From the human T2T-CHM13v2.0 reference genome, Homo sapiens, in the NCBI RefSeq assembly GCF_009914755.1, contig NC_060929.1: DNA of 64,000 nt; one strand, 5' to 3'. A program made the translations under genes and the position numbers. Positions 13,491 to 28,190 of the stretch are shown one piece after another. Each line of letters opens with the position of its first letter. Positions within the stretch are counted from its first letter, which is position 1. The notes below the pieces were generated by a model that was given only the letters and a program-made list of their open reading frames with translations, made no database searches and was not told where the DNA came from.

Positions 13491-14442
13491 TTTCCAATTT
13501 ACTTGAGACTACCAGGCAAACATACAAGCCCTGATTAAGTGGTGATGTGGTGGTCTCCTGGAGGACAAGGCCTATCCTATCCTACACTTTCTCTGGGGTC
13601 CCTGGAGCACACCGGGCCCAGAGCAGTAAATACAGCAGAACTGTGGTTTTAGAAACAGAGACCTTTGTGATCCTCTGTGTGTGCACAATCCTAAATTGCC
13701 CTCTATGAAAGAAAGAAAATAGTGATATGCTAGCCCTCAGTGTTGGCATCACCAGCACCAGCAGTCAGCCTTCTTAGGAAGGCAGCTTTTCACAAAGACC
13801 TCTGTGCTAGTTTCAGGAGAATGGAGGAGTTGGCTCCAGGAGGAGAGAGCAGCCACAGTGCTGGCTTTGTTCCGCTGTGGGTGCCGCGTCTGTCCACCAG
13901 CCTGCGGAATTCAAATCTGTGCCTCCGCGACGTGACCCATTACCACGCATCACACCCTTCTGAGACATTCGTGAGCGGCTGGCTGGTGTTTTGACTGTCA
14001 CATCTGCGTCTGCCAAGTTGCTGCCATTTGTTCTCCTTAAACACATCTAGCAGAGTTCAAAAGAGGCTCAGGCTGATTCCTCATGAAGAAAGCTGGCCTC
14101 AGAGGGGGTGGCCCAAGGGGTCTAAAGAGGCTAAGACCAAGGAATTCACCACCATCAGAGCCTTTGGATTCTGAAGCCCTTAATAAGATGAAAAAGTAAT
14201 AAATCATCTTGCTGGCTCTTTTACTCTTTCAATACAAAAACTTTCAATGAGACCAGACTTCGGACCAGCATATTCTGTCCTGTGGACAGACCCTGTGGGA
14301 AACCAAATCATCGTCATCTAAAGGTTGCTGTGAGAAAGGTAGTCACCCCAGTGCCAGCACACATTGGAGTCATTTTGCTTGAAAAGCTTGATGATGCCAT
14401 CGGCACGGTGGAGACATCCTGGACGCTGGGACCGATAGAGTC

Positions 14443-15115
14443 CTTCATTCTGCAGATATTTATTGAATGCTTGTTGTGCTTCGGGCACTGTTGTAGGCAC
14501 TAGGAATATAGCAGTGAACAAAGCCAACAAAAATTTACTTTCTAGCTAGTAGGTGAGGCAATAATAATGAAATAGATTAGTGAACTAGATGATATGTAGA
14601 AGGTGGTAAGTGCTATGGGGAAAAAACTAAGGGGGGAGGAGGGAGGGAGTATGAGGAGTGAGGAGAATTTGTTATTTTAATTGAGGTGGTCAGGAAAGGC
14701 CTCCGAACCTGAAGACTTGAAGGACTGAGAGTGAAGTATGTGGAAGACCTTGGGAGGAACATTCCAGAGCTTCCACAGTTGGTGCAAAGGCCCCGAGGCA
14801 GGAGCACAGCCGGGGACAGTATGGCTGGAGTGGGAGAAGGGTGGGAGGGGATGGGGGTGCAGACTGGTGAGGAGGAGATGCACCCAGAGGTGAGTGGGGA
14901 AGGTCCAGATCTTAGAGGGTCCTACGGGCTGCTCTGAGGACTTTGGCTTTTTCTCTGAATGAGATGTGGGGCTCCCAGGGGCGTTGAGCAGGAAAGAACA
15001 TGATCTGCCTCGTGTGACAAGGGCACTTTGGGCAAAGGCAGAAGCAGAGACCACATTGGAGGCTTCGTGATAAACGAGACATGGTGGCCCACACCAAGAC
15101 ACTGGCAGTGGAGGC
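14443..15115 (-). mobile_element. L2 3' portion
   Basis: ttcattc...atatttattgaatgct...ggcactgttgtaggcactaggaatatagcagtgaacaa (L2 3' end) continuing to ggactttggctttttctctgaatgagatgtgggg. Confidence 0.8.
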
Positions 15116-15116
15116 T

Positions 15117-15226
15117 GGGGACCTGGTGGCCACCATGTCCCCAGTATAGAGCTTGGCAAGCACAGCAACAGGTCGGGGAGCTGATGGCCACCATGTCCCC
15201 AGTCTTGGCAAGCACAGCAACAGGTC
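15117..15226. repeat. Two-copy tandem duplication (58 and 52 bp units)
   Basis: tggccaccatgtccccagt[atagag]cttggcaagcacagcaacaggtc occurs twice. Confidence 0.9.
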
Positions 15227-16044
15227 CCTCCTCTGTATTCTGTGCGTCCACAGCAGACAGCCACCTGCTTTTGATCAATAATTTCCAGTTTAATTAACAA
15301 TCATCTTGGTGTGATGCAAGGGACATTCTCCTTAGAGTGACTCTTATTATCTATTAAGTACTATTTTATGAGTTAGCTCTCAGATAATAATTTTATTTAT
15401 AGATTCTTGGGGCCACCTCACTGCTGTCCCGAGATGTAACAGATTGACTGAGGTCAGACGCAGAAAACTGCCTTCTAAGTTTCTGGGTGCACACATCTGT
15501 ATGTCAGCAGTAGATTAGCAGCCATCCTGGTTATGGCCTGAGAACCTTGTCTCTCTCAGTGCAATTACATCTGCCTGGTTCCCATAGGGGCTGCCTCTGA
15601 TTAGCTCTAGCATCTCCAACGTGGGGGTTGAGGCCCAGTGGTTGCCTCTCCATGCACTCTGGGGACCTTATAACTGCCCAGTCAGGGTGCTGCTACATGA
15701 CATTTGCAAACTGAATCAGCAAACTTTAGCACACTGTTCACAATTCTTTTGGATTCCTTCCCATGCCCTAATGTGCAAACACTGGATTCGCTGTTCTGCA
15801 TGGCTGGGCCTCCGTGGAGCTCCCATGCTCTGCCTGCTCACCAGGGCTCTGCTGCTCTTTTACCACCAGATTGCCCTTGGCAAGGCTTGTATTGAACCTT
15901 TCTTCTGCTTCCATTTGTTCATCTATTGCTACCATTGTTTGTCTTCTAAACAAATATCTGCAAATGAGCTGATAAAACTTTAAAGAATTCTTTCCTCCAT
16001 CTCTCCTACTTTTGGTAATGGTATTTTTGGACCCTGGCTTTACC

Positions 16045-16175
16045 TTAGCATCACCTGGGGAGCTTTAAAAATATTACAGTGCCTGGACCCCACTTTAGAC
16101 CCATTGAATCAGAACGTGAAGGGGGGCTTTGGCTTCACTATGTTTTAAAAGCTCCCCAGATGATTCTGATGTACA
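16045..16175. mobile_element. MER5-family hAT-Charlie MITE
   Basis: catcacctggggagcttt...gaatcagaa...aagctccccagatgattctgatg internal palindrome. Confidence 0.75.
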
Positions 16176-17153
16176 ATTTCACTTTCTTGCTACAAGTAGA
16201 CATAAACAGGGCCTAGCTCCGCAGGCTGTTCAGGCTTCTCGTTCACCAACTCAAAGGTTCATCTCTAAATGAGGCCTTAGAGAGTCACAGAGAGTCAGTG
16301 AAGGGGCTGAAACATGAAAACGTTCATTATATGAATTAAATTCTCTGTTCGGTTACCAGAACACATGGCCTGTAATGAACTATGAATTAATGTAGTTTTA
16401 GTCCATAATCCATTTTGAATAGCACAATATTTCATTGTATTTTGTGTGTATGTGTTAAAAGCAATGATGTGTTAATTTTAAGTGATTATAATAAAATGTT
16501 TTCCATTCTTTAATGCATCATGCCTTTAAAAAACCAGAAGTCATCCCAGGCTGCATGGGAAGGGCAAGACTTTCTGAGGAGCAGCCATGGCCTGGGGAAA
16601 ATAATATCGAGCAGGGATTTCCAGATTATATCGGGGTCTTCCTTTTTCTAGTCCTGAGACTCTGGGCAGATTCCTTAAGCCTTCCTCCAAAAGGAAGATT
16701 TTATGATTCATTTATCGTCAGGGTAGGAAAACTGAGGTTCAGAGAACTTCAGAAAGATAATTGTGTCAAAGTCCTTTGCACAGTTTGCTGGCTTTCTCAT
16801 GCCACCCCAGCCATACAGCCATACACCCACACTGGAAATCACGCCAGCCAGCCCTTTGTAAACTGTTTCCTCCGCTGGTTCAGCCTTCCAAGTCTTCTTT
16901 GTCTGGCTGAATCCTACTCCTCCTTTGGGACGGGGTTCAGGCATTACCTGCTACTGGCAGCTGTCCCTGTCCCATCTTCCCACCCTGTCTTGGTTAGGTG
17001 TCCTCTGTTGTACCCGGGGTACCCGATGCTTTCTGCTACCTTGACATTTGTTGCACTTGGTATAATTCTCCTGCCTTCCTTATTCCTCCTTCTCTAGTCA
17101 GTTGGCTTCTTTTCTCTCCATTTTCCAGTGTTCAGCATAGTACCCGGCATATC

Positions 17154-17290
17154 TTTCTTTTTTTTTTTTTTGAGATGGGGATCTCATTATGTTGCCCAGG
17201 CTGGTCTCAAACTCCTGTCCTCAGGTGATCCTCAACCCTCAGCCTTCCAAATTGCTGGGATTATAGATGCACATCATGGCACCTGGCTAA
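17154..17290 (-). mobile_element. FLAM/Alu monomer
   Basis: Poly-T then gagatggggatctcattatgttgcccaggctggtctcaaactcc. Confidence 0.85.
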
Positions 17291-17331
17291 TGCCTGGCAT
17301 ATCTATAGATTTACTGTAAGAATGAAATTGA

Positions 17332-17685
<354 letters not shown>

Positions 17686-17962
17686 TCAGTGTTGTGTTAC
17701 ATTTGCTATACATTTATAAGCAGGGTGATTTATTAACTGAGGTTTCCTTGCTATAATTTCCCTCCTTTCTAGTCTAAACTGCTTGGTCAGCCCTCACCAA
17801 AAGCAGAAAGAGAGGGTACCACCAGCAGCTCTTTGGTGAAAGCCTAAAATCTTCAACATCCATAGTACTAACACAATATTTTATCAGCCTCTTATTAGTG
17901 GGTGTTTAGGTTGCTTCTAATTTTTTATTATGAATGATGCTGCAATGAACATCCTTAGTCAT

Positions 17963-18475
17963 TATGTTAGTTCCCTATTGTTTTTATAACAATTCACCAC
18001 AAACTCAGTGGCTTAAAACAACACAGATTTATTACCTTGCAGTTCTGGAGGTCAGAAATCCAAAAGAGACTTCTGAGCTAAAAATCAAGGCATCGGCCGG
18101 GCTGCATTCCTCTGTGGAGACTCTGTGGGAGAATCCATTTCCCTGCCCTTTCTAGCCACCTTCCTTCCTTGGCTCATGGCTCCCCTCCATCTTTAAAGTC
18201 AGCAAAGTCTCATGGAATCTTTCCCACATTGAATCACTCTGACACAAAACATTCTTGTCCACATTTAAAGCACTCTTGGGATTACATTGGGTCCACCTGG
18301 TATAATCTAGGAGACTCTTATATTAAGGTCAGCTGATTAGCAATCTTAATTCCATATGGCAACATTAATTTTCTCTTGCCATGAACATAGCCTATTCACA
18401 GATTCTTGGGTTCTGGGCATTAGAATATGGACATCTTTGGGTGGGGCTGGGGAGGGGGTTCGTATGCAGCTTACT
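17963..18475 (-). mobile_element. MLT1 (MLT1D-like) solo LTR inserted in an old L1M fragment (~17870-18660)
   Basis: caccacaaactcagtggcttaaaacaacacagatttatt...cagttctggaggtcagaaatcc; flanks carry the L1M motif taggttgcttct...gctgcaatgaacatcctt. Confidence 0.8.
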
Positions 18476-19277
18476 GCAGTCCTATCTTTGAACACTTGCA
18501 TGCTTATCTGTGTAGGATGACTAGAAATGAACTTGCAGGATTGGGGGGTATGCACAAAAAACTTCAACTGCCCTTGTAAAGTCTAGATTTCCACCAGCAT
18601 AGTGTGGCAGGCCTTATTTTCCTCACTGTGACCCGTCTTGAATATTTTAATGTTTTAAATCTGGCATGTCCATTTACATTAAGAAGCTGATAGGACACTG
18701 AATTGTCCATGATCCAAAAGCCAATTGTGTTTGCCTTTCAAAGGACACAAGCAGCATTTTTCATCTGCTTTATCTTTCAAACTGTGTTTTGCTTAGGTTA
18801 ATATTTAAATAATTTGGCGTTTCTTTGAGGACCATCAGTTGATCAGCAAAGATACAGCACAGAATCAATGGCAAGGAAAATGCCTTATGATGAACATTTT
18901 CTTGCTAGCAATTCATAAAATAGTATTCTAATACACCGATTAACTTAATAATTAGTTCATTAGTATTTATCATACACCCAATGCATGTCAGGCACCACCT
19001 GACCTCCAGAAATTTACAAAGCAGTAAAAGGAATAAGACACAAGTGCAGAATGCATGGCAGGGGATTTGAGAGTTGACTGTATTTGCATAAAATCCATCC
19101 ATTGCAACTTATGTGATTGTAACTTGTTACAATGAATCACCTTTATTTTGGAAAACTTCATGTTTTTAGCTAAATAGTTGGATAATCATACAATATGGCA
19201 ACATAGCATGCGGTTGCCAAAACTTTTGTTTGGATGCAACAATTTCTCAAGCCTGAAAGAGGAATCTAAAAGATCGA

Positions 19278-19572
19278 TGATCTGAAATAAGCCAACCACA
19301 AAAAGACAAATGTTGTTTGATTCCACTTATATGAGGTGCCAACAGTAGTCAAATTCACAGAGACAGAAAATATAATGGTGGTTGCCCCAGGCTGGAGGGA
19401 AGGGAGAATGGGAGTTGTTAAAATGTTACAGATTTTCAGAGTTTCAGTTTTGCAAGATGACAAAAATTCAATTGTACAACATGAATGTACTTAATATTGC
19501 TGACTTGTGCACTTAGAAATGATTGAGATGATAAATTTTATGTTGTGTATAATTTATAAAAAATTTGAAAAA
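19278..19572 (+). mobile_element. L1MB-type 3' end
   Basis: gaaataagcca...gattccacttatatgagg...gtagtcaaattcacagagacagaaa. Confidence 0.8.
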
Positions 19573-19667
19573 ATAGTTATCTTCTAAGCAGTCATGGGAG
19601 AAAGTTACTGCAAACATTTATTGAGTGCCAACTGTGTTGGACACTCCCATGTATTGTCTTTTTTTAA

Positions 19668-19815
19668 AATGTATTTTTATTTGTTTTTTAAAATAGAGAC
19701 AGAACCTCACCATGTTGCCCGGGCTGGTCTCAAACTCCCTGGGCTCAGGCAATCCTCCTGCCTTGGCCTCCCAAAGTGCTGGGATTATAGGTGTGAGCCA
19801 CAGTGCTGTGCCCTG
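19668..19815 (-). mobile_element. FLAM/Alu monomer within a MIR (~19610-19930)
   Basis: Left-arm Alu sequence; flanks atttattgagtgcc and cctcccaacaactctatgagg...aacttgcccagagtcacac. Confidence 0.8.
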
Positions 19816-20746
19816 GGTATTGTTTAGTCCTCCCAACAACTCTATGAGGCAGATATAATTGACCTATTTTGCAGGTAAAAAAGACTCTGTAACTTGCCCA
19901 GAGTCACACAAACTGGGATTTGAGCCCAACTTGTCTTTCTCCTGTGTCCTGGTACATAAGTAAGATCCATGGGATTTTCACTGTAAACATCACCCTAAAT
20001 ATTTTTTAAAGTAGAAATACCCATATTAGAAATGACTCAAGGGCACAATTACTTAGCTAGAATATAAAATTCCTGGAAACATTTACTGGCTTCTCCAGAT
20101 AAAGTTTATCTTACTAAATAATTAGGACTTTTATTTTTTCCTCCTTCCCTCCCTCTCTCCATTCCATCATTCTTTTCTCATTCTTTCTTTCAAGATTAGA
20201 GTAATATCTAAATCACAGTCACGTAGAGCAGTACAACCCATGTTGAGGTAACTTATTAAATTAGCCCCTGACCATACATTACTATTCAGAGGGCTGGGAA
20301 AGATCTGTAAGGGATTGGACAAAGGAAATGCTCCACCTGTTCCTCCTCTGACTTGGGCCCTTGATGATATCATATAAAAAGTCATTTCCTGCTTGGTCCT
20401 TATCTCTAATGCTGACTAAATTAATAGTCTTACTTCCTTTACTTGTGTGTATGGAATTTGGGAATAAAAGTAAAATCACTTCCTACTGGGTTTTATACTT
20501 AGGCTCCTTAAAGTTCATGTACTTGGGCAATTTTTCCTTATTTGGGGACTACAGGTTGTTCGATGTAAAAAAGGAACAAATTATAACACATGCCATGCCG
20601 AAATTCAGTGAGAGTCATGGTTTACCTGGTACCCATGTTCTAATGAATGTATTTCCAACCCGTAAACTTGCTGAAGATTTGGAATAAGTAAAACCAAAAT
20701 CATACTAGTATGGAGGTTTTAAAACTAACTTAAAAGAGTGACTGTA

Positions 20747-22435
20747 TATTCACAATTGCTACCAAAAAAAAAAATACCTAGGAATACAGCTAACTAGGGA
20801 GGTGAAAGAGCTCTACAAGGAGAACTGTTAAACACTGAAAAGAAATCAGAGATGATGCAAACAAATGGAAAAACATTCCATGCTCATGGATAGGAGGAAT
20901 CAACATCATTAAAATGGCCATAGTGCCCAAAGCAATTTGTAGATTCAATGCTATTCCTATTAAACTATCAATGACATTCTTCACAGAACTAGATAAAACT
21001 ATTTTAAAATTCATATGGAACCAAAAACAAGCCCAAAGAGCCAAGGCAATTCTAACCAAAAAGAAGAAAGCTGGAGGCATCACGCTACCCAACTTCAAAT
21101 TACACTACAGGGCTACAGTAAGGAAAACAGCATAGTACTGCTACAAAAACAAATATATAGACCAATGGAATAGAATAGAGAACCCAGACATAAGGCTGTA
21201 CACCTACAACCATCTGATTAGCAACAAAGCTGACAAAAACAAGCAATGGGGAAAAGACTCCCTATTCAATAAATGGTGCTGGGATAACTGGCTAGCCACA
21301 TGCAGATTGAAACTGGACGCCTTCCTTACATCATATAATCAACTCAAGATGGACTAAAGACTTAAATGTAAAACCCAAAACTCTAAAAACCCTGGAAGAC
21401 AACCTAGGCAATACCATTCTGGACACAGGAATGAGGAAAGATTTCATGACAGACACCAAAAGCAATTGCAAGAGAAGCAAAAATTGACAAATGGGGTCTA
21501 ATTAAACTAAAGAGCTTCTGTACAGCAAAAGAATCAACAGAGTGAACAGACAGCCTACAGAAAGGGAGAAAATATTTGCAAACTATATAACTGACAAAGG
21601 TCTAATATCCAGCATCTATAAGGAACTTAAACAAATTTACAAGAAAAAAAATAACCCCATGAAAAAGTGGGCAAAGGACATGAACAAGACACTTCAAAAG
21701 AAGACATACATGCAGCCAACAAGCATATGAAAAAAAGCTCATCATCACTGATCACTAGAGAAATGCAAATCAAAACCACAATGAGAACTAATTTACACTC
21801 TCAGTGGGAATGTAAATTAGTTCAGCCATTGTGAAAGACAGTGTGGCGATTCCTCAAAGACCTAAAAACAGAAATACCATTTGACCCAGCAATCCCATTA
21901 TGGGGTACATACCCAAAGGAATGTAAGTCATTCTATCATAAAGATACATGCACGCATATGTTCACTGCAGCACTATTCACAATAACAAAGACATGGAATC
22001 AACTTCAATGCCCATCAGTGGTGGACTGGATAAAGAAAATGTTGTACATACACACCGTAGAATACTATGCAGCCATAAAAAATGACATCATGTCCTTTGC
22101 AGGAACATGGATGGAGCTGGAGGCCATTATCCTTAGCAAACTAATATAGGAACAGAAAACCAAAGACCACATGTTCTCACTTGTAAGTGGGAGCTAAATG
22201 ATGAGAACATACAGACACATAGAGGAGAACAACACACACTGGGGCCTATTGAAGGGTGGAGGGTGGGAGGAGGGAGAGGATCAGGAAAAATAACTAATGG
22301 GTACTAGGCTTAATACCTGAGTGATGAAATAGTCCGCACAACAAACCCCCATGACACAAGTTTACCTATATGTAAATACCTGCACATGTACCCCTGAACT
22401 TAAAATGAAAGCTAAATTAAAGATAAAAATAAAAG
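20747..22435 (+). mobile_element. 5'-truncated L1PA (older primate subfamily, ~L1PA13-16), disrupted ORF2 C-terminus and 3'UTR
   Basis: ORF2 peptides [18 protein letters not shown] and WRFLKDLKTEIPFDPAIPL; TSD aaaagagtg(a/g)ct at 20732 and 22436 after a TT/AAAA site. Confidence 0.95.
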
Positions 22436-22823
22436 AAAAGAGTGGCTATCATTATAAACTAAATCACTTTGTGTGGCACTTTGAAAGATGTCCCATGCAG
22501 TGTGGGACCCTGAAAAGAGCACTGGACTTATATTCCTATTTTGGCAGCAGAATCCAGCACGGCCAAGGGGAGGCCATGGCACCAGGTGACAATCATGTCT
22601 GCGAAAGTGCTTGGAACCATCAAGCAGATCCTTCAGGCTTCCAGCCCTACAAGGAGAGAGAGTGGCACCCAAATCCATGTTCCTCTTGAGGGAACCAGGC
22701 TGGAAATTGAGTAGCCACCACCAAAGGGGTGACATCTAAGATGTTACATTTGATCAGTTATAAATGTCTATATTTACATAGCTCTATGGTCAAATCAATA
22801 GTCAAACGTCTATTCTGTGTCCA

Positions 22824-23119
<296 letters not shown>

Positions 23120-23122
23120 TCC

Positions 23123-23418
23123 TTTTATTTTTTTAAATTTTTATTTCGACAGGGTCTCACACTGTCACCTAGTCTGGGGTGCAGTGGCTTACTGCAGCCT
23201 CAACCTCCTGAGCTCAAGAGGTCCTTTCACCTCAGCCTCCCAAGTAACTGGGATTAGAGGCACACACCGGCACGCCCAGCTAATTTTTTTTTTTTTTTTG
23301 TAGAGACAGGGTTTCTCCATGTTAGCCAGGCTGGTCTAAAACTCCTGGCCTCAAGTGATCCTCTCTCCTTGGCCTCCCAAAGTGCTGGGATTACAGGCAT
23401 GAACAACCACACCTGGCT
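23123..23418 (-). mobile_element. AluJ, tandem with the preceding Alu
   Basis: Diverged dimer. Confidence 0.9.
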
Positions 23419-24215
23419 TGCCCCCTTTTATTATCATAAATGCTCCTCTTCATCTCCCAAAACATTTGGGGTGCCATTTTATTCATTCATTTCTAGATGC
23501 TGACATATACATTATGTGTACAACAGACTAACAGTGATGTTTGTTATGTAGAAATAATGGCCTTGAGAATGAACATATGCAGGGCCTTTTGACTCTACTT
23601 TTAAATAGAGCTTGTATGTCTTTATTATTCCTCTTATCAACAGGAAGCAGATATACAATGGCAGAACCTGATGCAAGGCAACAGTATTAAAGTTTGATAT
23701 TTTTTCATCAGACTATGATTATTTTACTTTCTGAGGAAGATTAACATCCAGCTTGGATTTTTCTATAATGAGGTTTTTTTCTGATGATAAAATTAATATA
23801 TGATAAGTAATACTTGATATGTGTAGTGAAGTATTCTAATAACATTCACTACCACTTATTGAGACATTTTACTTAATGGGATTCCCTGCTAAGTGCACAG
23901 CCTTCGTTAGCTCTTTCAAACCTCAGACAGCTCTTTGCGGGCGGGCACAAAATCACTCCCTGTTACTGATGAAGGTGTTTGGACACCAAGAGGAGGTGAC
24001 TTGCCAGAGGGCCATGGTAGGGGGAGGTTGTGCTGGATTTAAGTCTTCAGAACCTTTTCTTAATGACGATGGATTCTGGGTTTCTTCTAAAAATGTTAAA
24101 AATATGAAGGCAGAAAAATGTGGTGGTTAGATTTAAATATTCCTTATACCATATAAGTATGAGAAAGGAATGGTAAGAAAAGGGACCATCTCATCTCCGT
24201 CACCTTTTTAATGCA

Positions 24216-25409
24216 CAGTTATGCACCAAATAACAATGTTTTGGCCAACAGCAGGCCCCATGTAGGTTGGTGGTCCATAAGACTGTAATGGAGCCCACAA
24301 ATTCCTATAGCTTAGTGACATCATAGCCATGGTAATGCAGCACAACGCGTTTCTCCTGTGTTTACGGTGATGCTGGTGTAAACAAACCTCCTGCACTGCC
24401 TGTCGTGTGAAGGGATAACACAACTACGTACAGTACCTAGTACTTGATCATCTTAATAAATGACTATGTTTACCGGTTTATGTATTTACTGTACTATACG
24501 TTTTATGGTTATTTTAGAGTATACGCCTTCTACTTATGAAAAGAAAGTTAACTGTAAAACAGCTTCATGCAGGTCCTTCAGGAGGTATCCAGAAGAAGGC
24601 ATTGTTATCACAGGAGATGACAGCTCCATGCATGTCGTTGTCCCTGAGGACCTTCCAGTGGGGCAAGATGTGGAGGTGGAAGACAGGGATATTGATGATC
24701 CTGACCCTGTGTAGGCCAGGCTAATGTGTGTTTGTGTCTTAGTTTTTAATAAAACAGTTTAAAAAGTAAATACATAAAAATTTTAAACATAGAAAAAAGC
24801 ATATAGAATAAGAATATTAAAAAAGAAAATAATTTTGGACAGTTACACAATCTGTGTTTTAAGCTTAGTCTTATTACAAGATTCAAAAAGCTAAAAAAAG
24901 TTTAAATAAAGTAAAAAAGTTACAGTAAGCTAAGGTTAGTTTATTACTGAGGAAAGAAAAAAATGTTAAAATAAGTTTAGTGTAGTCTAAGAGTCCAGTG
25001 TTTATAAAGTCTACCATGGTGTACAGTAATGTCCTAGGTCTTTACATTCACTCACTATTCACTCACTGACTCACCCAGACCAGCTTCCAGTCCTACAAGC
25101 TCTGTTCATGGTAAGTGCCCTATATGGGTGTACCATTTTTTATCTTTTATACTGTCTTTTTACACTACCTTTTCTATGTTTAGATATACAAATACCATTG
25201 TGTTACAGTTGCCTACAGTATTCAGTACAGTAACATGCTGCACAGGTTTGTAGCCTAGGAGCAATAGGCTGCACCATATAGCCTAGGTGTGCAGTAGACT
25301 ATTCTGTCATAGTTTGTGTAAGTGCACGCTGTGATGGTCACACAATGATGAAATCACATAATGATGCATTTCTCAGAATGTGTTCCTGTTGTGAAATGAC
25401 ACATGACTG
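24216..25409 (+). mobile_element. Tigger3b/MER7B-type DNA transposon, apparently complete (~1.2 kb)
   Basis: Termini CAGTTATGCAC...ACACATGACTG followed by TA; transposase C-terminal remnant PEEGIVITGDDSSMHVVVPEDLPVGQDVEVED. Confidence 0.9.
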
Positions 25410-25777
25410 TATGTTTTCAGTCTAGTGGCCCCACCTGATGCTCCACCTTTCTGATCCAGGTACAGGTAGTTGTGACTCTGGCAGTCTGATCTGACCTCTA
25501 AAGAGGCCCCTGGAGAACCCACTTCTACAGTTTTCTCCATGATTTTGTATGGATCTGATTCTTTACATTTCCCCTTCTATTTGAAATAGCTTGAGTGGAG
25601 CTCTTTTCTGCAGCTGAACCCTAATATAACATATATATTATTTATATATAGGAATATGTTGTGTATAATTATGTAATATATGTATATAATTTTTATAATT
25701 GAAGTCAGATAAAGGTTTATACATTTCTTTTTCAACTTAACATTTCCTTGTAAACATTTTGCAAATTTTAAAATCAA

Positions 25778-26089
<312 letters not shown>

Positions 26090-26214
26090 GGGTTTATTGA
26101 TTCCATAATATTTCTCCAAATAAATACAGCCTAATTTATTTTCTATTTCCTTATAATTGAACACTTAGATTCTTTCCATATTTTTACTTGCATAAATGAC
26201 TACTTCTTTGACTA

Positions 26215-27050
<836 letters not shown>

Positions 27051-27089
27051 TAATTCTGCTTCTAGGAGTCCATCCCGTAGAAAGAATCA

Positions 27090-27361
27090 AGCCTATAATC
27101 CCAGCACTTTGGGAGGCCAAGGCAGGAGAATTGCTTGAGGCCAGGAGTTTGAGACCAGCCTGGTCAACATAGTGAGATCCTGTCTCTACGAAAGAAAAAA
27201 AAAATACTGGGTGCAGTGGCATGCACCTATAGTCCCAGTTACTGGGGAGGTTGAGGTGGGAGGACCACTTAAACCCAGGTCATTGAGGCTGCCGTGAGCC
27301 ATGATTGTACCACTGCACTCCAGCCTGGGTGACAGAGTGAGACCTTGTCTTAAAAAAAAAA
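27090..27361 (+). mobile_element. AluJ, slightly 5'-truncated
   Basis: gcctataatcccagcactttgggagg...gagaccttgtct and A tail. Confidence 0.9.
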
Positions 27362-27984
27362 GTACAGTAAATATTTTCTTTATAAATACAGGTATTCATG
27401 ATATTGTTCTGCAATCTACTTTTTAAAAAGAATATCATTTTGTGTAAATAAAACTTTATGTACCTGTTTAAAAGGGGCCTAGAAGGTCATATTTCTAACT
27501 GTTATCAGTAGGGACTTGAATTTGTCAGCAGTGGAATGAGAAGGTTGGAAAGCTGGGGATGGATAGGGCGAGGGGTAAATTTGTACTTTCAACTTTATAC
27601 AATTCAACTTTGTTTGACATTTTGCTCATCAAATGAGCTGCGTGTTTATTACAAAAATTAACCAATGAACATGTTCCCATTTAGAGAAAAGAACCCACTG
27701 ACTTTTTCTGGGCCATATGTGGAGATGCAGAAGGGTGCCTGTTGCCTGAGAAAAGCCTGGCAGACTGTCTTTTGAGGGTGCTCATCATAGTCCTTCTCAA
27801 CCCGCATCAATCAGCTGTGTCCACGTCCTTCAGCCTTGTGAGTCAGAAACCTGGATATGGTCTTATTAACCAAACTCAGGTGGTCCAATGGCTACAATCA
27901 GAACAAATAAATAATAGCCACAGAGACTGAAATGGTTTGCTCTGCCCTAGAATTCTCTTTCACCAGGCTAATCTTCAGAAAGAT

Positions 27985-28190
27985 GAGGTTAAGAGCACAG
28001 ACTTTGATGTCCAATATAAACAGCCTGAGTTCAAATCCTGACCGTCAGTTACTATGGTATAGAATGGACAAGTTGTTGAACCTCTCTGAATCTCAGTTTT
28101 CTCAACAAGAAAGGTAGGATATTAAAATATCTCCTAAGATGTTGTGTGGAGTAAATGAGATGATGAACTTAAAGCATTTAATGATTAAAT
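27985..28190 (+). mobile_element. MIR
   Basis: ggttaagagcacagacttt...cctgagttcaaatcctg...aacctctctgaatctcagttttctc. Confidence 0.8.

Noticed and set aside
15129-15195. Two GCCACCATG Kozak-like starts as a micro-ORF gene
   Set aside because: They are by-products of the palindrome and duplication, with no promoter or splice context visible.
14677-15300. 207-aa minus-strand ORF and overlapping ORFs
   Set aside because: They lie in L2 and the local tandem duplication, have low-complexity composition and show no recognisable domain.
16513-17097. 194-aa ORF with a hydrophobic end
   Set aside because: Contains MIR-derived (GKLRFRE) and L2-like sequence, with no recognisable homology or gene structure.
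24460-24714. 84-aa ORF with an acidic tail
   Set aside because: C-terminal remnant of the Tigger3 transposase within a non-autonomous element.
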